A stretch of 63,961 bases of DNA, the filler included, from Licmophora abbreviata (lineage: Eukaryota): the NCBI GenBank assembly GCA_900291995.1. It is 9 parts of 9 records of this genome, joined end to end, with 100 filler letters (N's around TTAATTAATTAA, not from the genome) between each part and the next. Parts side by side here need not be neighbours in the genome. Positions count along the whole stretch, not along the records: positions 57,614 to 61,147 come from OLMU01000782.1; positions 61,248 to 63,961 come from OLMU01000783.1; 7 more parts are not named here. One strand, given 5' to 3'. This document shows, in pieces, positions 57,944 through 63,961 of the stretch. Position 1 is the stretch's first letter. Every line of letters starts with the position of its first letter. The translations under genes and the position numbers were made by a program. A model generated the notes under the pieces. That model saw nothing but the letters and a program-made list of their open reading frames with translations, had not been told where the DNA came from and did no database searches.

Positions 57944-58146
57944 AATAATGACTGCGGGCTTGGGATGTATGCAACTCTGAAGACCCTTTAGTACTCTAAT
58001 TAGAACTCGAGTGTCGCTTGGAATTGCGATCGCGCTCTCTAATGCTGACACGATGACTGCATTTCCATCTTCACATCACATACACACTCGTCACTCGGAC
58101 GTGACCAAACCACCAACTTTCACTTCACATAGACAACATAAAATGC

Positions 58147-59797
58147 TCATGCCAACAGGGGCACAGTCGATATCCCCACAGTCTCGTCGTCGACTTCAAA
58201 CCCAACACCCGACAAGGAGGCACCCGCAGGATAGCCAGCCACAGTTTCCCCATGTTCCACCAATACACGCAACCTCATCATACTCGACATGGCTTGGTCC
58301 ATGTGTCCCGCCAGTCGAGGCATACAGCAACAACCATACTCACATATACCACTGCAATAAGGATAGAACTCCTCGTCGCGATTCAATTGAACTTTGTCGA
58401 CGACCGCAATTCCACCCGGTACTTCTTGTACCTGAATGGTATGAAATGTCAACAGGCCACCTGCAAAAGGACCAATCGTAATGCCTATTTGTCCCCGGCT
58501 TCGCTCGACGAACATTGAGATGCGACCGTACGACGGGAAACCAAGAGAAGTCCACAGTGTTCGACCCAAGCTGTACAGACAATTGTTGTTTGTGGATGGC
58601 GAGACAAGCGCTGACGTCGTTGCTTCGATCCATTCTCCTTGGTACTGGAAAACAAAGAAGCAAGAATGGATTGCGATGTAGGTGAGAGAGCCAGTTTGAA
58701 ATTTTGTTGTGAGACATCCTCGCTGTTGAAAAGAATCAACGACTCACCTCTCGCTCATCGTTCGCGTCTTGTCGGTGGATGGCACTTCGCGATCCCTCGC
58801 TGCTCTTGGTAACCACCAACGCTCGAATCGGATCGCACCACAGTCGCAACAGATCCGGATTACCCACGACGTCCATCACATCCGTCACATTGGTAGGCGA
58901 TGCAATCATCATGGACACTTCGAAAGAGCTCTCGTCGAGTCGTGAGGCTCGAATGTTGCGTCCGGCAGCGTCCAACTTCATACGTTCGTCAAGATAGGAG
59001 GGCGACAAGGCTACAAGAGGAACGGCAGAATACGATCGATTCGACGGTCTTTGTGGCCCAAACAAGATTGTTTGTAGCCAGCTTCGTTGAGATTGATTCG
59101 TTGCTTGTGGCGTCGACGTCGATGGCCCAGTCTTGTACGAATGAGGAGATTGATATGGAGTCTCCGTCAGAGGCTCCTCTTCAGGCAACATTGGCATGCG
59201 CGCGGGAACAATAGTTGCCCCGTGGCGGTCATCAGCTTCTCTCATTAACGAGGAAAAGTTCAATGCCGGGCCTGATTTTGGTCCCATGGCCGAGTCTTGT
59301 ATCCACATGCCGCTGTCTGGAAGGTGCGACGACTGACCGAGCGAGGCATCTAGCATGGGAGTTGAGGCGGATAACATCGAGTCTTCGACGGAGAAGTCTT
59401 GGGAGTGTTCGAGCGATCTCTCGGGATGATCTTCGCTCGAGTGGTCAGTCTCGCTACCAGGTGTTACTGGTGCGCGTCCTGGGGGACCCATCATGCCCCC
59501 AGAGATAGTGGAAGACTGCAAAATTGACCTGTTCATCTCGGTTGTTATCGACGACCAGGCTCGAGATTCAGCAATCCCACCATGATTATGGAAAGTAATG
59601 GATGAAGGCTGTGTGCTAGCGTGCCAGCTTTCGGATGACTTGGGTCCGCATGGAGGATGGGCGTCACACACACCGCTATCGTCGTTGTGTTCTTCCATAG
59701 CAAATGGAGGCGCCTCAATACTGCTGCAAGCGCTATGTTCTTCATCCTCTCTCTCAGGAAAGGTCCCCAGGAAATGAGGATCATGTGTCACGCTCAT
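58147..59797 (-). CDS. Hypothetical protein, disordered N-terminus plus possible SRPBCC/START-like domain, 2 exons
   Basis: Intron 58747-58645 joins DERE|YQGEWIEA; DVMDVVGNPDLLRLWCDPI, a beta-strand run and a long C-terminal helix. Confidence 0.65.
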
Positions 59798-60151
59798 TTT
59801 ACCTCATTCAACTGATCAAGGTTGATTTCTTAGATTGTATGCTCACCTTTCTGTTGGGTTCACCCCTTCGTTTGTCTTCTTGACATCATTCGTGCAAGTA
59901 AGTGCGTTGCGCGGGACTTTGAGACGAAATTTTGCGCGCCGAATTTTGTGCGACTTTTTTAGTAAGTCCCGATGGCGCGACCGTCTGGCCGGTGCCAGTG
60001 GCGATTTGAAACGGGAAGCGACGAGACACGCGACCATGGGATTGTGTTTGCGGAGTGTTGCTACGACACATCCTTCGCTGGCGACTGGACCACTGCTGCT
60101 ACGGTCGGTCATCTGTATGCAAAACTGGAAAGGAGGGCCTCCGTGAGAACA

Positions 60152-60976
60152 ATGTCGATGAAGAAATCAACGACTGATGGCGAGAAACAAGAATCATCCA
60201 GCAAGCTTGCGCATGTGGATACGGCGAGTCGCAGCTCGTCCTCACCAGCACCGGCTCCGTCACTGCCAATGGGGTGGACACAGGTGAAGCGACGCCGGAA
60301 GATTCCCGGCATGTCCACTTCTAGTGACGAAACAGCAAATAAAACCACGGAAATCGACTGGACATGGTGTTGCGACGATCCCTCCTGTCGACGACCATCG
60401 TCGACGCTGACACACCCGAAGGACGACGACGACGCTGGCACAGCATCTCTTCATACAAGAACGATTCAAGGAAACGCGATTATCTGCTTGCATGAAATGA
60501 ATCCCGAGTGGTGGCAGGGTTACTTTGTTGTGGAAGGTCAACGCAAGCCATGGGGGCTTTTGGCGGTACAAGAGACACTCGACGAATGTTTGGAATGCGC
60601 CGACGGCGGATATCGTCAAGCGACACTAACCGTGTATCCGTACAATCAACGCAATATGAAATGGATGAACGTTCAATGGACTGGAGGAGATATGATGCGT
60701 CTCTCCAAACGGGGCACAAATGCAGCAAGAGGGGAGAATGCCACATTGTCGATGGACACGCATCGCATGTTGACGGCTGCAAAGGCAGTTCCCTATGTGA
60801 ATCGATACTTTTCGAGTCTGGCTCGAAAGATGCGGGGCGAAGAGAGTAGTGGGGAGGACCTGTCTGTGCTGGAACTCATGCCGGACGTCGCAATTGTGAT
60901 TGGTCCGATGACAATGGAGATCCCAAGCATTTCAATAGGCAACAAGACAGACACGACAGAGAGTCTGCTCTTCTGA
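60152..60976 (+). CDS. Hypothetical protein; start uncertain
   Basis: Long open frame with a globular Trp/Cys-containing region; no family recognised. Confidence 0.55.
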   Translation: MSMKKSTTDGEKQESSSKLAHVDTASRSSSSPAPAPSLPMGWTQVKRRRKIPGMSTSSDETANKTTEIDWTWCCDDPSCRRPSSTLTHPKDDDDAGTASLHTRTIQGNAIICLHEMNPEWWQGYFVVEGQRKPWGLLAVQETLDECLECADGGYRQATLTVYPYNQRNMKWMNVQWTGGDMMRLSKRGTNAARGENATLSMDTHRMLTAAKAVPYVNRYFSSLARKMRGEESSGEDLSVLELMPDVAIVIGPMTMEIPSISIGNKTDTTESLLF

Positions 60977-61431
60977 ACTGTCACAGTAACTACAAAGTGG
61001 AATAGGGGGGCGTGCTTCGAACATCGTCTTACGTGTACCAGGCATTGAAGCTGCTACACAACGTTTCAAACATCCAATCGCTCTGTATGTTTGGCACGGG
61101 ATGAGCAGATGACGTCATAGAACGACATTCTCCGTAAAATTTGGATANNNNNNNNNNNNNNNNNNNNNNNNNNNNNNNNNNNNNNNNNNNNTTAATTAAT
61201 TAANNNNNNNNNNNNNNNNNNNNNNNNNNNNNNNNNNNNNNNNNNNNCCTTCGAAAGACGCGCGCGTGTGTCTTGTTTTGCTATTCCGCGCCTTCCTTTC
61301 ACACATGCATACCGGTACACGCATCACTGTGCTGAATGCGTCGTGGCCACTGCTCCTGTGCTTTGATCGCTCGTCATCCTGCTGACCCTGCCAGCGAGTA
61401 AACGAACTTATCCAATTTCTACTCTCAAACG

Positions 61432-62286
61432 ATGAGCTCTGTTCGACGTTCCCGCCGTGGAGATAAGCATTCGTTTGCCCCGGGCGATAAGGTGGAGGTG
61501 AGTAATAGTGACCGCGACGAAGAGCAGGGTTCGAAATTGCAGCGACCAGGGCACTGGTTAAGTTATTTCTGCAGGCGACGCTGTGTCGACTGTTGCTCAT
61601 CGCACCATAGCATTCCATGTGGTACTCTGAATGTGACGCTCGACAGCGATTTTCCGAACTTTGAAATTGGGTTCTTCGACGCGGTGCCGCCAGTCCGATG
61701 ACTCTGCCCTGATGGCGACAAACCTGCATGAGCTCGTTTTTATACCCATTAATTCACCGTCGACCTATCCTTTCTCAACACTTCTCCTCCTCCTCAATAG
61801 ATTATGAGAGACGATGGAGTTGAGATCGCGACTCTACTTCGCATGGTGCACGATAGTGACAACGAGGATGCTCCACCTTCATCATCTGCCCCCATCACCA
61901 ACCGTTGGCTCGTGCAGTGCGAAGACGATCCTGAGGAGCACGAAATCAGCGAAAAGCTCTTGGGACGCCTCGTATCTTCCGTCGGAATGGATGAGAGTAG
62001 TGAATCTTCCTCTAAAGACGCCGACTCGACGAAGCGAGTTGCGACTAAGAAGGCTGCGAAATCAAACAAGAAGGGAGCTGGCTCGAAACGAAAATCCAAT
62101 ACCAACGGCCGTACGAGTGGCAAGCGCAAGGGTGGTGACTCCTCAAAAGAGCAACCACGCAAAGCTGCTCGCCAATCAAGAAACTTGAAGGACGACGAGT
62201 CTGTGGTTGTTGTGAAAATGCTCACTGGGACCTTGTATCTATATCGAGGTGCGAACCCGCGTGCAGAGTTCATTCGAGTGGTATAG
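61432..62286 (+). CDS. Small basic protein with Tudor/SH3-like N-terminus and C-terminal KMLTGTLYLYRG motif, 2 exons
   Basis: FAPGDKVE|IMRDDG across a 303-nt intron 61498-61800 (GTGAGT..polypyrimidine..TAG); Lys-rich linker. Confidence 0.65.
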
Positions 62287-62496
62287 GCGTGCTGACACCC
62301 GGGAATTTCAATTCAAATGGGGGTGAGGGGTTTCGGGTCTAATAATAATTGCGATGCAAAGTATCATACGTAGAGTGGATAACCTTGAGCAATGATAAAT
62401 TGCCAACAAAATCTCGTTTGACTCTATCGTACCGACACGTAGAGAGCTTCAGTATGGCGCAGCTTACAATGCCCAGGGCGCGCATTCCAAAGTGCT

Positions 62497-63961
62497 TCAC
62501 ATGATAGCGGCCCCCTTCATGATCGAGAGAGCAATGCGTTCCCGGCACTGCGTGATATGTTCCTGAGAGAACACGAGAGGACAATCTTTGGACAGGAAAT
62601 CTGCAAACATACAAGTAAAGACTCCACAGTCGTAGCCTTTACGGCAGAACAAGAGGAAGAGACATTTGGTCAGTTAAAGCCATTATACGATAGGACACAC
62701 ACTTTTCATTTCTTACCATTTCTTTGAAAGGGTGTCCCGGTTGTACATGGTACGAGCTGCCACTCGTCAATGTCGGGGAGAGGAGCGCCCTTCTTGGCCT
62801 CGTGTTCGTCCATCAAGTAGTGGAAGATGTGTTCGAGATAGTACATCCCGTCGCCACCCATGGAATCGTACATCTGAATACGTTTCTCCTGCATATATGC
62901 AACTGCACAAATCCAGTGTGACATGCCTTGATTGACAGGAAAGATGATTTTGTCTAGATTGAAGAGATCCTTGCCAGGGGCCTTCTTTGACCAGCGCTTG
63001 ACGTTCTTGTATTCGTACATGCCATCGATGGCAGGGTCGTCGTGGCCTTCGTTCAGCAACTTGGTAATGAAGAATGATTTGTAAAAATGACTGCGCTTTC
63101 GGGTTGGGTCTTCTTGACACATTTGCTCGTCTCGCTTCGACAACATAACGAGAAAGTAGTGGATTGCTTCGTCATTGAGCCACTGGCCGGGCTGCAGACG
63201 ATGCATCGACGCGCGACGGACCGAATCAGTCCCGACTTGAGCGAGAACCTCGTCGGTCGGGCCAATGCCATACATGGCGTCGCGAACAATCTGCTGCTCC
63301 TCGTCAGTGAGTTCTCGAAGCAATGAAGAAGCGATCTGCTCCGCCTCCTGTCTCCGTTCCGACTCACGTAGGCGCTCTTCAAGTTCGCGGACTGCTTCGC
63401 TTTCGAGCTGCTCCTGGCGCTGTTGTTCTCTCTTCCGAATCTGAGCGTCAAGCTCTTGGTCACTTCGTTCGATCGCGTCTAGGGGTGGGGGGTCCAGACG
63501 TTCTGTCTCCGTTTCCGTTTGGGACGTCAATCGAGGAGGGACAATGGCTTGGGCCGAAAGCATGTACTCATTCCGTCGTGCAACAAACTTACTCTTCAGT
63601 CTCTGTAGAAGAGTCGCTCGTTTCAGCCGACCTCTGTACTCATCCAAGCTAGGGGCCTGTTTCGGATCGATCTTGTTGGATCCTTCTAGAAACAGAAAGG
63701 CGCGAGACAAAACTGTCTTGGCCTCAGACCACGAAGAAATGAGATCGACATCCGAGTGGATGGATGTAGCCAACCCACTCAGAGCTTGCTTCAGATAATA
63801 TTGGGGCTCGCGCTTCAATGTAAGCCGTCTCATTCGGCTTGAAATGTCAGCACTGGAAGCAGAATCCTGCATCTCCATGACGGTCCGACTCGATAGCAAG
63901 GCCACAGCAAGTTCAGCGCGAGTGCAGGGATTCTTGTCACGCAACAAGGCCTCTGTCTCGA
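62497..63961 (-). CDS. Ulp1/SENP SUMO protease (peptidase C48); 5'-partial
   Basis: WLNDEAI, NVKRWSKK, SHW (His), YDSM (Asp), QRN|GYDCGVF (Cys) across intron 62716-62637; stop at 62497. Confidence 0.95.

Noticed and set aside
48447..63961. ClpX, proteasome beta-4 and SENP (plus the F-box gene) as a proteostasis gene cluster
   Set aside because: They act in different compartments and are interspersed with unrelated genes; this is expected by chance in a gene-dense genome.

Overview
Gene-dense eukaryotic nuclear DNA (~50% GC, short GT-AG introns mostly 80-120 nt), most consistent with a diatom or other photosynthetic stramenopile. The evidence is bipartite plastid presequences, RxL propeptide motifs and diatom-style orphan families. 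The window is a draft scaffold of 9 contigs joined by 8 artificial 100-nt spacers (N44-TTAATTAATTAA-N44). About 34 protein-coding genes can be reconstructed, many of them split in, or missing from, the ORF track. They include a SMARCAL1/HARP-type SNF2 annealing helicase (absent from the ORF track), MED10, a large secreted Pro/Thr-repeat protein with three 8-Cys domains, a plastid FKBP, an apyrase, an ABC1 kinase, a Tat-type lumen protein, a histidine phosphatase, two GT64 glycosyltransferases, a MaoC dehydratase, a renalase-like oxidoreductase, a CCCH/F-box protein, a MORN protein, ferroportin, MCCC2, RER1, a membrane-anchored GNAT, ClpX, proteasome beta-4, a DUF4954-like beta-helix protein, EB1 and a Ulp1/SENP protease. 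I see no rRNA, tRNA, CRISPR array or transposon, and no convincing multi-gene novel system. The best leads are single-gene architectures (SMARCAL1-PDZ-like fusion, the secreted repeat protein, CCCH-F-box, ferroportin with substituted metal ligands) and recurrent intergenic motifs (E2F-like, CDE/CHR-like, GACTC arrays). Three frameshifts look like assembly errors.
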